Assembly: GCA_040954595.2 (NCBI GenBank)
Contig: CM082585.2
Coordinates: 12,142,341-12,206,340 of the forward strand
Reading direction: 5' to 3'
Length of the DNA: 64,000 nucleotides
Source of the DNA: Balanoglossus misakiensis
Lineage: Eukaryota > Animalia > Hemichordata
Positions 40,501 to 63,600 of this stretch are shown here, piece by piece (positions within the stretch are counted from its first letter, which is position 1; each line of letters begins with the position of its first letter). Below the pieces are notes generated by a model that did not search any database, was not told the origin of the DNA, and saw only the letters and a program-made list of their open reading frames with translations. Made by a program: the position numbers and the translations under genes.

Positions 40501-40577
40501 ACGTCTTCAGTGTGATGTGCAAATATGAAAGAGGCTGCAGTCAAGACGGTGACCAGTTTCCCATGGAAAATGTGTGA
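34572..40577 (+). CDS. PANK4: Pantothenate kinase 4 (type II PanK domain fused to a DUF89/ARMT1-like phosphatase)
   Basis: 16 exons: 34572-34686, 35322-35622, 36160-36343, 36475-36567, 37023-37191, 37381-37565, 37735-37816, 38015-38115, 38287-38442, 38577-38689, 38950-39037, 39153-39304, 39492-39597, 39693-39797, 39999-40168, 40337-40577. Kinase motifs: [45 protein letters not shown]. Phosphatase motifs: AGNVFD, FVDNSG.D, PALND, EGMGRA.HTN. Confidence 0.95.
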
Positions 40578-40647
40578 TGTCAGCAAATTTAAGGTACATC
40601 TGAAGAAGGTGGACATTGTCTAATGTCAAATGGCAGCAGATGTAAAG

Positions 40648-40951
40648 TGGCAGCTGATTGGCTGATTACAATCAGTCAGTGTCTGACTTAACCAATCAAT
40701 GGCGCATTCGTATAATTATGATGTCATACCATATTGTTTTGCAATTTGTTTCATAACTATATGAAGAGATGGCCCTGATGGACTAAATTTACAAAGCCTG
40801 TGATACAGATGTCAGTCCATTATACAGTGTATTTGGCAGCTGATTGGCTGATTAATATCAGTCAGCGTCTGAATGTACCAATTGAAAGAATAGTGGCATA
40901 AGGTACCGGTATATGGCAGCTGATTGACTGATTCCTTACAATCAGTCAGTG
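40648..40951 (+). repeat. Three dispersed copies of a roughly 35-50 bp hairpin-forming motif downstream of the PANK4 stop
   Basis: TGGCAGCTGATTG(G/A)CTGAT-loop-ATCAGTCAG at about 40648, 40834 and 40914. Confidence 0.8.
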
Positions 40952-41863
40952 AGGCACCTTTTATGAATTTATTTGCATGCCTGATTCATACAAAGTCTAA
41001 CAGATCAGTGAAAGGATAAGTATTAGAAGATCAGTCTACAGAATTTGATGTCATATTTCATGGGAAAATTATTCCTGATGTGAAAAGACCTGAAGTTTCA
41101 AGTTGGATGTTGAGGTAATTTTATTACATGCCACTGTGGGCTGTTGGATGTACATTTTTCTCAAGGTGAGGAAGTTCACAGTTTATTTGTTATCACCATG
41201 TATATTCTCCAAAAAACAGTGAGTTACATGGAAAGGCCACAAACTACTATAGTATGAATTATTTTGAACATTAATGAGACTGTGTTTTAAATGAATTTTA
41301 GATTCAAAAGCCACAAATAATAAAGTGTTTCTTGCATTATTTCTAACACAATTAGTGGCTGGACCACTTTTTCAAATAATATGAATTATACATTGTTATA
41401 CAAGTTGTGAGTACTTTTGATTTCGTTTATTAAACAATTCACACCTTGAAAATCAAGCATTTGGTTGATTGTTTTTGTTTGTTATTTTTTGTTTATTTTT
41501 ATTTCAGTAAACCACACTGCAATCCATCACACTATCACCATAAACATTCATTCACTCACATTACATAAATAATAGAGCCAGACCCAAATTTTGCAGTGAC
41601 AGCCATCACTTTGCATATATTTTATTACCACACTCATTTCAATCTCCTACACAAATGCCTTCCATAGGGTGTCTGTATAGAGTAATAGGGTTTCAAGTTG
41701 GATTTGTTAAAATAGGAGACTGTATTATACCATCATCAAAAACTTTATAAATATTTTTTCACAACAGCTGGCTAAATAGTATAACACCATGTTCAACCAC
41801 CCATAGTAAACCCAATTCTATTGGTCATAACATTATGCCAAATTGTTCATGACACACACAATT

Positions 41864-46951
<5,088 letters not shown>

Positions 46952-47024
46952 GTTTGTAACCTTTGACACCAAGAAGGACGCCCTCACCGGATTGAAAAGT
47001 TTCTAAGGAAACTGATAAACAGAA
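46952..47024. promoter_or_regulatory. Inferred bidirectional promoter/5' UTR region between MCCC1 and LRRC63
   Basis: Divergent ATGs at 46951 (-) and 47025 (+). Both lie in YY1-like contexts (AACATGGCGGC and AAATGGCGAC), and CpG is locally enriched. Confidence 0.6.
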
Positions 47025-50000
47025 ATGGCGACGTCTACGTCGGCCACCGTAATGAAGATACGGTCAGAAATGGTAAGAGGCGAATATCACTTGTCATTTG
47101 TGGTGCAAATAGTTCATCTGCATTACTGTTTGTTGATTTACGATCTTAGTCTCAATTTTTCCTGATGTTTTGAGAAAGGATCCCTTCCGAAACGAGATAC
47201 ACACAGTGAAACGGGGATACAAAACCATGCAGTTTATTCCTATGTACACAATGTTTACACTTTGACCATGTCTGTGTGTACACATCACAAACAGTTTAGA
47301 GGCTGGAATCAGCTAATTGGAAGTTCATGGAATATCCATGAGATCATTAACATTGGTTGATTGGTGCGTTGTTTGTTACCTTACGCATACCCTTTGAGTC
47401 AGTATATCGAGAGTGATCATTGGCTATTGCTCAGTGCATTTAGACCCCACCCCTCTTGTGTGCCCGTTATTGAATCCGTAAAAGATCCTGAGACTAAGTA
47501 TAGTATCAAAGATTTGTTGATTTGTTCAAAATCTCCTCTAATGTAATGTTTATTCAACCTGTTATTTACCACTTTGTTTTGTGTATTTCATTGCAGAAAA
47601 TGGGGAAGAAACCTGGGGGTCATCTTCTTCGACGGCCTTTGGCCCCTGTACCAAAACAAAACAGTTTGCATCTGAAGGACTACAGTTCAAGTTCAGTTGA
47701 AATGTACCTCAATGCTACCAGTGAGAATGGAGGCAGGGATCACCTAGTGTCACCCATTCCCAGCCTGGCTCCAAGTTTAGCATCTGGAATACAGGAATCT
47801 GAAATACGAAGGGGGACATCATCCCGCTCGCCGACAAAATCTGATCCTTACAAGTTAAGCCCCCAGCAAAGTAGGGCTCTTCCACATTCACCTGTGAACA
47901 CCCTGGACAGTCGATATCTTCTGGAGTCTAGATACAGAGCCAGGACAGATACAGGAACTGTGGGTGCCATGTCTTTAGTCAAACCATACAAACCAAGAGG
48001 TCCAGATGGATTACCACTGCGACCTCCGAAACAAGTTCCGGAACTTAAACATGAATATTACTACCAACACTCAGACTTTGACACCTCATTTTCAGAAGAA
48101 CGCTATAGGACGCTTCCTGAATTTACACTCCAGGACTTTCTTCTCAATGTTAAACAGTTGAGCATTTTGCCAAAATCTGACTTTCAAGAAGCCATGGTTT
48201 CCAAGCAGAACTACAAGAAACTGACCACATTGTTTGCGACGTTCAATAAGTTGCCAAAGCAAGAAAAAGTCAACACTGTTGAGATGAAAAGTAAGTACAT
48301 ATTGGAAATAAATAAATTAGCAAAAATTCCTGTGCTTATCGGTTATATCGATGGCCCACTGCAAGAGGGGCGTAACTCGTGCACTGAGCCGTCGATATGT
48401 ACATGCTGTATGATTGCTTTATCAAGATTTCAAATGTCTGCGTAATTACTTGTCAAAGTCATGGAAATTGAAATATCCTTCTTTCCTCTCATGCAGCCGA
48501 CAGCATTCCTAAAGCAGTAAACAGAATACCACAGAGACAGTTACTGATTGAGATGGCGTTCCTAATCAAGCAGCAAATGAAGGATATGATGAGCACAGAT
48601 ATAAATGCAATGATGGAAGCTGACATCAGAGCGTGAGTATGAACTTCACAATAATACACTCTCAATATTCTGAATTGATGTGTTTGTACGAGTATCTGTG
48701 ATTAAAACTGACAACATGCAGGCTTTACTGGAATTTCTGATAAAATACGTAAAGGGAATAGTGTTTACTTAACTCTTTTCCATTTTCCCCCAGGGTGGCG
48801 TATCCTGGTAGAGAAGCTCTGTTCAGTTCTCCGGATTCGAAATACTTCCAAGGAACCAAGAGGAGCCAGTCACCATTTGGTAAGATTTCCTTGTTGTAAT
48901 TGGCCAACGTCCTAGACAGAAGGATCCGTCATTCAAGGCCTTGTAGTTTGAACCATAATATTCATTACGATATTTGATTATTTCTTTTTTTCTCTTTCAT
49001 AAGTTGAAGAAAATGACTCCAGCGTGATAACGCCCTCAGAGTTAGCAATCTTAGATTGTCTTGTCAATGGTGGTACAGCTCTCAGTCTCAAGGTAAGGCA
49101 GTCATAATAAGTTATGCCATTTTATGATGAAATGTCTGAAAAGATCTCAAGATATTCTTTTCTGCCTTTATCTTTTCATTCATTGCCAATGTTATTATCT
49201 AAATTGCAGTGCCATTTTATTGATGTGTTACCAGATATGTCAGTTCTCAACAACACTCTAGTCTATCTCAATTTATCCTTCAATGAATTTAGGGTAAGTA
49301 GTTTAAACATTACCCCTTTCTTTGTCTAATTATGGGTTTGTTGTGATAGGGAATAAAAACGTGATCAAGACACTCGTAATTTGAAGTGAAATACTTGGCA
49401 TGTCATTATTCTTTGTGATGTTGAACAAGAAGTGAGCCACACTTGCAGCTTGTATAAGAATTATTAAATGGGAGAGAATTCTGCTGTTCTTATTTTTCCA
49501 GGTTTTCCCAAGTGAAATCTTGCTAATCCATGGCTTGGAAGTGTTGAAATTACGGAATAACCCAATCAAGGAGATTCCACATGACATCTACAAACTCAAA
49601 CAACTTCACACTTTGGTGATGTCTTTCAACCAGATATCATCGCTTCCCATGAGGTAGGTGTGTCCACTCTGGGTCAAAAATGGTCCAATCCTATCATGAT
49701 ACTTCCATTGGAGGGAACAGACCCCCAATGTTGCAGCCAGTTGAAACATGTACATTAATCATAAATTCTCTCTTGTGATTTTCTAGCTTATACACTCTAC
49801 CGTTAGTCTTCTTGGATTTATCCTACAACAGGATATCTTATCTGCCAAATGAACTCAATCAACTCAGGTAAGTTCAGTAATTATTTTCTTTGCGGGCAAG
49901 GGGGACCTGACTCTGTATTGTGCACATTTTAAGGTTCTAATCATAGTATTTTTAACTGGAATGGCAAGATCATAGTATGGATGGGTTTATATCAGAATGA

Positions 50001-50756
50001 ATAATTTCATGTTTTGTCTTCCAGGCATTTGAGAGAGTTCAATGTTGAAGGGAATCAGCTGGCAGCGTTGCCATGTGGAGCATTCAGACTCAAAAATTTG
50101 CGTCATTTGAAAGTCAGAAATAACTACATGCATCCATTGTTTTGGAAAGAGAACAGCACCAATCAACCTCAGGTATGCAGTGATTGTCTTTGAGCAATCA
50201 TGACAGTCTGATTTTTGCCTCTGTCATGCATTTTGTTAGGAGTCAACATTTGATCTATGATGACATTTGTCACAGATATTGACATGTGAACTTTCATTTG
50301 CATATTGACAGCGATTGGCTGACATGGCTGCCCTGATCATCAAACAAAGACGCATTGATGAGAAGCAAGTACTACCCGAGAGTCTTAAACAGATCATTGA
50401 CAGGTACTTCAAGAGCTTTTTCTTCCTTCCACCTTGCTTGTCACAGTCAGTGATAAGATTCAACCCTTTCATCTCATTCCTGTATGTACATCTGATCATT
50501 GATGTTGAAGCAGTGAGATGCTTTTCTCTTTTTACATGTGTTATAAACATGTCTGTTTTGTTTCAGTGCTTCTGTCTGTGACTGTTGCAAAGGACCGCTG
50601 TATGGTTCAGGACTTCGACTGATCAGGCCCTGCAGCAAGGCATTTGGTATCTGTAAGCTGCCATTCTATTTTGTGTCCTGCTCCCCTTACTGTAGAGATG
50701 TGTTTATGAAGAGTGTGGACTCCCTATCTGAACTGCTGTATGAGGATGACGACTAG
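47025..50756 (+). CDS. LRRC63: Leucine-rich repeat-containing protein 63-like
   Basis: Exons 47025-47072, 47597-48290, 48497-48632, 48794-48879, 49004-49092, 49210-49293, 49502-49653, 49787-49867, 50025-50172, 50312-50403, 50567-50756 (TAG). Motifs GGTALSLK, LVYLNLSFN, LKLRNNPIKEIP, HPLFW and the C-terminal CxxCxGP..G.G.R...CSP.C cap resemble LRRC63. Confidence 0.8.
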
Positions 50757-51662
50757 CCAGGTTGTGAAGTGAACGCAGTACAGTGTCAAAGACTTTATAA
50801 CCTGCATGTGTGGAATTTGTACACATGACAATGCCAACTAACCATTGGTGCCAACATTGCTTTAGTGAGAACAATTTGTAAATAGACTGTGATGTTTTTG
50901 CATTTGTCAAGTTACCATGCTTGTATACAAACTTATGTAAATCTTTGATGTGATGCAAATGCCAAATGGGCCGAGTTTCATTTTGAGATGCATTTGCAAA
51001 TATGTATTTTCAAATCAGGTTTTGGATTTGTATTATTTGTACAATATGTGTTTGATTGCCACAGAATAACTTTTGCCAAGAGTACATATACAAAAATATG
51101 CATGTCGTGATGATTGTAGCCACAATATACCAGGTAACAGTATGACATTGTCACACATATCCATCAACTTTGCCAAATATTCTGAGATTAAATTCCAGTC
51201 TTTGCTTTAAAAGAGCAATTTGAAATTATCACCCATTTTGTTATTGTGTAAATAAACTAATGAAATCTGTACAGAAAAAGTCATTTTCTGATTGGAAATA
51301 AAGCTTTTTATAAAATAGGATCAGCCTCAGGAACTTCTGTGGGTTCTGTGTGACCCTATGACTGACCCTAGCCAATGAACACATGCCACTGACTTGGGAT
51401 CTTTTAGTGGGTTTAACGTTGTAATGGGCAGTATGGAAAAAAACACCAGAACACAAAACCATCTTATAAATATACTTTAATATTCTATCTATCAACGACA
51501 AGTAATTTCAAAATCAACTTAAAAATACACAAAGCTTTCACACACCCTCTGACACATTTAAGAAAACAGTTTTTTTCACAGTATTGAGAGAGTTCTGTCC
51601 ACTGAAAGTTTGAAGTATGTCAGTAATGAACCACACTCGGGATATTTGATGTTTCATTCTCT

Positions 51663-52822
51663 TTATTTCCCCGACTTTTCCAAAAGATCTTTTGCTTCGT
51701 TAATTTTAGCAGCAATGTATGGAGATCCACCTGAAATACAAATAGGAAAATAAAAATGAATCTGGGTTGCAAGACAAACTCTGACACACTGAAAGGTCAT
51801 GGTAATGATCCCAAACTTAGTACCAAGAATATCAAGAAACTAATCCACAGCTTGAAGCTTCTACTAATTTGTACAGAAACATTACCTCTATCTGGATGAT
51901 TCAGAAGCATAATCCTCCTGTGTGCTTGTCTGACCTTGACTTTGCCAGCTGATGGACTGAAATCATAAGGACGTAGAACAAAAATGAAGAACTACAGAAA
52001 AAGAGATTCAATGTCATTAACAAGAGCACAATTGTAGGTTAGTGTGTCTGGGTTTTCTTTTACTGAACACTGCAGGGAATACCGACCTGACTCCAAGAAT
52101 TAAACTTGCTTCTCTGCGGGTCATTTTGGCATCAAATCCACCACGGTAATAAGCACTGAGAGACTGTTGAAGAGATAGAGTACATGTCACATTCAGTGGA
52201 AAATCAGAAAGATTTTGCTCTGGACACAAAATCATATTATTTCCAGTATTTTTGTTGTCTGTAGCAGATGCATACCACTTACTGGTGTTGGAAACTTGGA
52301 AGCATTTTGTTGGATCACTCTTCCTGCAGAAACAAGGGTACGACCTACGGGAAAGAATTAATATCTATATTTAATTGCGTGATTAATTCAAAGCAAAGTT
52401 AAACCAAATCTTCAGCAACTAGTGAGAGCCATTAGAAGAACATTATTACTGGCATATCATAGTATGATTTCAGATTTTGAGGAGACTTGATTCATGTGAT
52501 TTGTGAAGCACTAGATTGGAACACAATGTATTTGCAATGGTTCATTCTTACCTGCAATGGCCACAGCAGCTAAACCAAGTCCAGCTAGAATTACAGTTGT
52601 TGACTGTAAGATAGGAGAAGCACAAAAATGTTATCTTACTCTAATTAACATGTTTTTCTTATAATCTATATCAATGAGAATGAACCATAACCATAGCAAT
52701 TATTTGGGCCATTGCATAAGCGCTAAGCATGGCCACTCAACCACTGTTCTGAACTGTGATGATAGCTTTATAGCAATCAGATTAGTTAGTCCACGAAGAA
52801 ACAAATCAGATGAACTTACCAT
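51663..52822 (-). CDS. DNAJC19: Mitochondrial import co-chaperone TIM14/PAM18 (DNAJC19/DNAJC15 family)
   Basis: Exons 52822-52820 (ATG only), 52603-52552, 52344-52283, 52163-52087, 51956-51886, 51730-51663 (TAA). Sequence [63 protein letters not shown] includes the J-domain HPD motif. Confidence 0.93.
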
Positions 52823-53568
52823 ACTGGTTGCTTCGCATATACTTGATCTAATTCACCATTAAATGTCAACTGATGATCGAAATCAACATAGTTTGTCGGT
52901 GAAATTCACACCGCTGCGTGCGTTGCGTTTGCTTGTACTACGCAACGTGGTCGTAAAGAGGTAAGTTTGTGGTGCGAGGTGAATGACTGAATTTACGACA
53001 GTTTATTATCTTCAAAGTAAGTCAGAATTTGACATCAATGCAGCTTTATTTTAACAAGGCCATAATTACTTTAAATAGAAAAGCTTATGTTTACAGTACT
53101 CAAGCCGAAAAAAAATGATAATGTCGCACCACAGAATGTTTTCACGACCTGGTGGTAAAAGGGTATGTAATAATGGCAGACTACAGAAAGAGAAGGCGTG
53201 CGAAATATCGTTTCAATTTGCACAACTTTTATTGAACTTTTGAAGCTGCCGAGGAAACTTCAGAAGCAAATATCCTCGTCGCATAACGCGCTTACTACAG
53301 TTTTCCACGAAGAACTCAGTGCAAGCTCGGTGAATATTAACGAAACAAACTGGTGCAGGATTGAAGCAGACGACCAACCCGGAAGTTGCAGACTACATAC
53401 GGGCAACAGAATCGCTGATAAAATGTGGGTGAATTTCATGTGAAATGGTGGATTCTTTATGTCACATGCAACGCAACCAGAATCGGAAACAATTGAATAA
53501 CCCATGAAATATACCTGGTTATTTTGAATTTGTTTTTCTTGGATCTTATAGACACATTTTAATTAAAG

Positions 53569-58230
<4,662 letters not shown>

Positions 58231-60601
58231 CAGATACAAGTCTCAACTCTCAATTTTCAATAAAATTAGGCCAAGTTTTGTTAGAATTATTCTAATCACA
58301 CAGAATAAAGACAAACAACATAACACTAAGTTTGCCACATACATGTACTCCTTTGTCATTTCCATAGTTACATGTGCTACACTTTGACACATTCTAGAAA
58401 TAAATAACAGACAACATGAAACGATGTTAAAACTGGATGGATTTATTTCGGAAGAGTGAAGATACAGCAAGCAGTACAAGAATCTCTAAATTTGAGCATC
58501 CATGATTCAGTTTCTATGCGAAGACACAGTTTGGAAGAATGTAAATCATTTCAAGAAATTTTCAATCATTTCAGAAAATTACATGAATATTCAATAAAGA
58601 TAAATGACAAGCAGTAAAATATATTTAAAGTACATTGACACAAATTTTACAATCTTCAAAATAATTTTAAAATTTACATCATTTTCAGCTGATCTGTTCA
58701 CTCATGCTGCATATTTCTTATTTACATTATTGCAAAGGTAACTTAAGTTGATAGACAGCAACAAAAAAGTAGGATTGTCTCATTGAAATTGAAATCACAC
58801 TGCCAGCTTAATCTGACTTCTTTGAAAAGATCTATGATTGCCAAATAAAATTCATTTTCAGTTCTAAGCACTCTTATCCCATAAAATATTGGAATGGAAA
58901 ACTAAAAAGAATACTATACGAATACAAGTATAATATACATCTGACCCAAAACTTCTTTGCAACTGTGCTGGCACGCTTCCATGCCAATTCTGGGAACCTG
59001 TGCACCACCCACAATGGCCATACTTGACACCCAAGTTCATTCATCTTAGAAGAGCGCCCCCAACAGCAACATTGTCACACTTTTTCAATATCGTGCATCC
59101 CCATCTTTCACGTATTCATTTATTTCTGCATATCCATGCAATGAAAAGTTAGTAATAATAATTCTACTAGCAGTAACTTCAATTTGTCTAGGACATTACT
59201 TAAACATTTAATATGAAATCAGTAAACTTCAGTTCATTGTACTAAAAGCAATGGTGTTACACCTTGATATAACAGGTCATTTTTTTATTCTGAATGAAAA
59301 TTATGGCAAATTAATTTTTAAAGAAATAATTTACATTTACACATGATATTTCTTAAAGCTATCATATAACTGACAAAGAAAAGATACCTGATCTGGTAAA
59401 TTCATCTGCATGTGGACAGACACATTATTTTGTATTCTAAAATACCTGAAATTATTTACAAATCTACATTAATATTTTACAGAAAATTGACAAAAGCCAC
59501 ACTAGTACTTTGCAGGCCATCTTCACTGCAGTAAAAATGTCTTTCAAGATTTTTAATTATATCATAAATCACAAACCAGAAGACTAACGCAAACATCTTT
59601 GCATATTAAGGTTGCATGTTTGCAGCATGTGTCACACACTCATACATACATGACACAAATGCTTGTTGGAGATGATGCACACATATGCAGTGTATGATGC
59701 AAAGAGCCTTTTCATTCAGTAATGTTAAAGTACCTCCATGACAATTTGCAACTCTGTTTGAGCTGATGGTGAGATATCTTTTGCGGACGGAATGTCAAAA
59801 TGCGATATCACACCATGTCACACCATAATCCTGTAGTCATCTGTTTGGCATATTCTTACAAATTCACAACAAAAATTTTACATTTTATGTACCAATTACC
59901 TTTAAAATGCTACAATCATTTCACTGGTAGCTAAAATCTTTAAAAAAAAATGCATTATAATGAGATGATTATTCAAATATAAAGTTTCTGATTAAAATTG
60001 GTGGGGAAGATACAAATGTACATCAAATGAACATGCAATATCTATATCAATACATGCTTCAACAGAGAGTAGTGAATGCATGCGCATTTTGGAAGTACAT
60101 TTTTTATGAAAAATAGAAAAAGTCTTGAAGTTCCAAATAGAGTGCAATGGGTATGGGTTTTCAGGAGGGTGAGGTTTATTTCCCAGGATGCAATTCACCA
60201 AGGTGGTGTAGGGGACAGATCGGGTGGCAGATCCAGAACAAAGGAATCAGAGGCTTCCAAAGAAAGAGGGAGAGGGGGAGAAAGAAAGACGAAAATGATT
60301 CAACAGTCAATACCTCATCACAATTTTATTCTGTGATGAACATTTATAGTGGATTTTCTGTGGATAATTACTCAAAACTCCAATCTATCACTTTATCAAT
60401 TTATTGGTTAATATTATCCTTAAATTGGCTCAATATTATATTTAAATCAGCTCATGCACTTTGCAATCATTATTTGAGGCTCTTTATTTCCCATTAAAAT
60501 TTTTCAATCCATAATATTGCAGACTATTTAACCAAAAAATCTACCACCTCTCTCTACAAAGCATAAAAATGATAATTCCACCAAATTAAAATAAAACCAG
60601 A

Positions 60602-63600
60602 TCAGTTAAAACTATAATTCTCAGTGTATTCTCTATACCCGTTCTCCGCATATTTACCATCGTCTATGCCACCTTTTCGGACCCCACTACCAGCGCCACC
60701 ACCACCACCCATAGTGCCACTACCACCAATGCCGGATACATTGACTCCTTTACCTTTTGATCCCATCAGTTGAGATCCTTTCCCACCCAGTTTCCCTGCT
60801 CTACCACCTTTTCCGGCGGCATATGCACCTTTGCCGCCACCGAACGCTTGACTTCTTTTCTGAGACATCAATGTATCCACAGTCACTTTGCCATTAGCAT
60901 TTGGGTTTGTAGTTGGTGTAGGGCTGTCCACACGCCCTGGCTGGCTTCCTTGTCTTGTCCCTTTGCCCGATGGACTGGGACTGCGACTTCTCCCTAAGGA
61001 AAACAATTCAAAATTATTCCTCTCAACATCCTATTCTCTACATTTTCATTAACAAAATTGACATGACAATACACCACTGGACTTTAACTTTCCTCAAAGT
61101 CTGTTTGAAATAAGTAGGTTGCACCAAGTTACATTTCCAGGAACATTGCCATTGTTAACATACCTGCAATTCTGACACACTCTTCTTTATGACGTGCATT
61201 CCAAGCTTTGAGTTTACAGGCTTTACTGCAATAATAGACTTCCTTGCATCGTGTACAAGCTGATAGTCTGACACCAATGGAACGGCCACATTCATAACAG
61301 TATTTAAACAAGGGTTTCCTGAGTGGCAAAAATCAGGATTTTCAATTAGTCAGTTGCAGGTGTTAAATTTGTGATGGTGAAACACACAACTGAAACTGAC
61401 CAACCAGCAACGTAGTGACTGCATTCTTATATGTTGTATAATCCCACTAGAATATGCTTGATACATGGCATGGATGAATGATGCAGTCTTGTACCAATAA
61501 TCATTCACATAAACTATTCCCACTGCCCAACCCTTGCCGCATTTCAGGCCAAAGTAGGGATTGTGTCTGTATTGTGTTAAACACAGAACATTTCTGATGA
61601 AACAATAGAAATAGTCTCGTACTTTCAAGAGATTATAAAAATGGAAATATGGTAAACTGGTTACACAATCCCTGAAATTAATGCCACAGCTGAAGCATAT
61701 ATTAAAAAAACCCGCTGAGATGCAAAAACATGGCAGCAAATGATTAGTTTTGTGCACCAACACTTTGAAAAAGACAGTTGCAGGACTGCAACTCAAATGT
61801 TATATACACATCCTGTCCGGATGGTTCCCTGGGGGTTAACAGAAAGGCATCATGGATAGTCACATCATATTTGAAAGAATAAAGGCTGAAAACATGATGA
61901 ATATTGGATGATAAACTTGAAAAGATTAGAAGGATTGGAAACTCTCACAGTAAGATATTAAAGGCAAACACGCTCACTCAAAACTGTTAGAAAGTAAGTG
62001 ACATCAGTGTTGTGTGTGAAAACCTTCCCATGGACTCCTGTTTGGAATGGTCCCATGGCTGGACTGAACCATTTTCACAGGATCAATGGGGATGGTTTCA
62101 AGGGTTATGTCAGTAACAGTGGTCACCTTATGGCTTGTCTACTTCGACCAGTCTCACTGGGGTTGCAACAAATAACAAAAATAGCATCAGTGATGGTGGG
62201 TTGATTAGTGGTGAAAATTAACTGGGGAACTTGAACTTAAAATGGCAACATATCACCTCCGACAGGTTTCTGTTTTAGCAATAAACTTCCAATTTTCATC
62301 TGTGCATTTGTGGTACATTTTTGGAGGATATAGAAGGTGCCCGATACTGTTTTGTGTAGGTAGTCAGCAAAATGTTGAACTTGTACAAAAAACTCCTACT
62401 AGATTACACTTCCAGGCAAACCTCTCTCTCCAGCTCTCTCATTCTTAAAACCAGTAAGAGGTCACATACAGGTCATGTGCTCAGAATGAACCAATCACTA
62501 GCTTTCTGTCACTATTTTACATTTTTTGCCACTCATTCTCGCAACTGCATACAGAAGACTGCAAAAATAACATTCTGACAAGAGAGGAAAACAGGAAGTT
62601 TTGAGAAACTTTGGCAATAAAACAAAAATGCAGCAAACCTGTTGTTTTGTTTTCCTTTACGTGTTAAACTGCGTAAAGCAGCCTTACTGAGCTGGGTTTC
62701 TTCAAGACTGACTGTCAGCAGATCTGCCTTCTTATGATCGCTACCGATGCATTGTGGGAAAGGAAGTTAACCAACACCATTATAGAGGAAGGGGTAGCAG
62801 GGTGAGATGCAAAAAATTGTTACAACAAGTAAAACAAGACAATTCTCAATAGCATGCATTATAAGTGGAAGCCACACACCAATGTTAAACACACATTTGA
62901 AAACTTCGCATGCAAGCGTTAAAAGCCCCAAATAATAACAGAAAGCAATGACTTTTGATGACCAAATGATACATGCATGAATGGATAACTTAGCCCATCT
63001 TTAATATGTTAACATGTATAAAATAAAATATGAGATGTCAGAATTACAAAATCACCACCAACTGATATGAAATGCATACCCATTATTCTGAAGGAACAAA
63101 TACATTGGTAGCATTCTTTCAAACGTTGTACCTGAGTCACATGCGTTAGTGGATACGTTTACATTCAGCCTTATCATCTCGTTTATTGTTTATGGGGTAC
63201 ACTAACAAGCAATTTTCATGCTGTCTTTTTGTCCAAAAACAATATTTGAGAAATATTGGCCAATCACTCGTTGAGAGAACTGATCTGCCTAACAAGAAGT
63301 GATAGACAGTGTTTCTTACTCTGAGATAATCCTGTGTCAATATTTTCGCCATCATTATCATATATATACTTAAAACTCCACACAATGGCACACACAACAG
63401 CACACACACACACATTCGCATGCACAAACCACACTCAAAGTTGCAAAAGGTGCTGACCACCTGTTTTTACGCTTGTGTAAAAATTCATATCATTATCAGT
63501 CCAAGCAACCAGAACACAAATCTTGGTTTTGCTTTCCACTGAACTTTTTAATTTTCACCAAATAACTACTTGTCTCTGACAGGACAGGACTGTCAAATAC

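Noticed and set aside
40648-40951. Repeat-spacer pattern as a possible CRISPR array or SECIS element
   Set aside because: The context is eukaryotic, spacing is irregular and there are no cas genes. There is no SECIS AUGA/GA core, and no in-frame UGA in PANK4.
62128-62157. Possible third, 30-nt symmetric ANKMY1 micro-exon
   Set aside because: The donor (GTGACC) is weak and there is no independent support.
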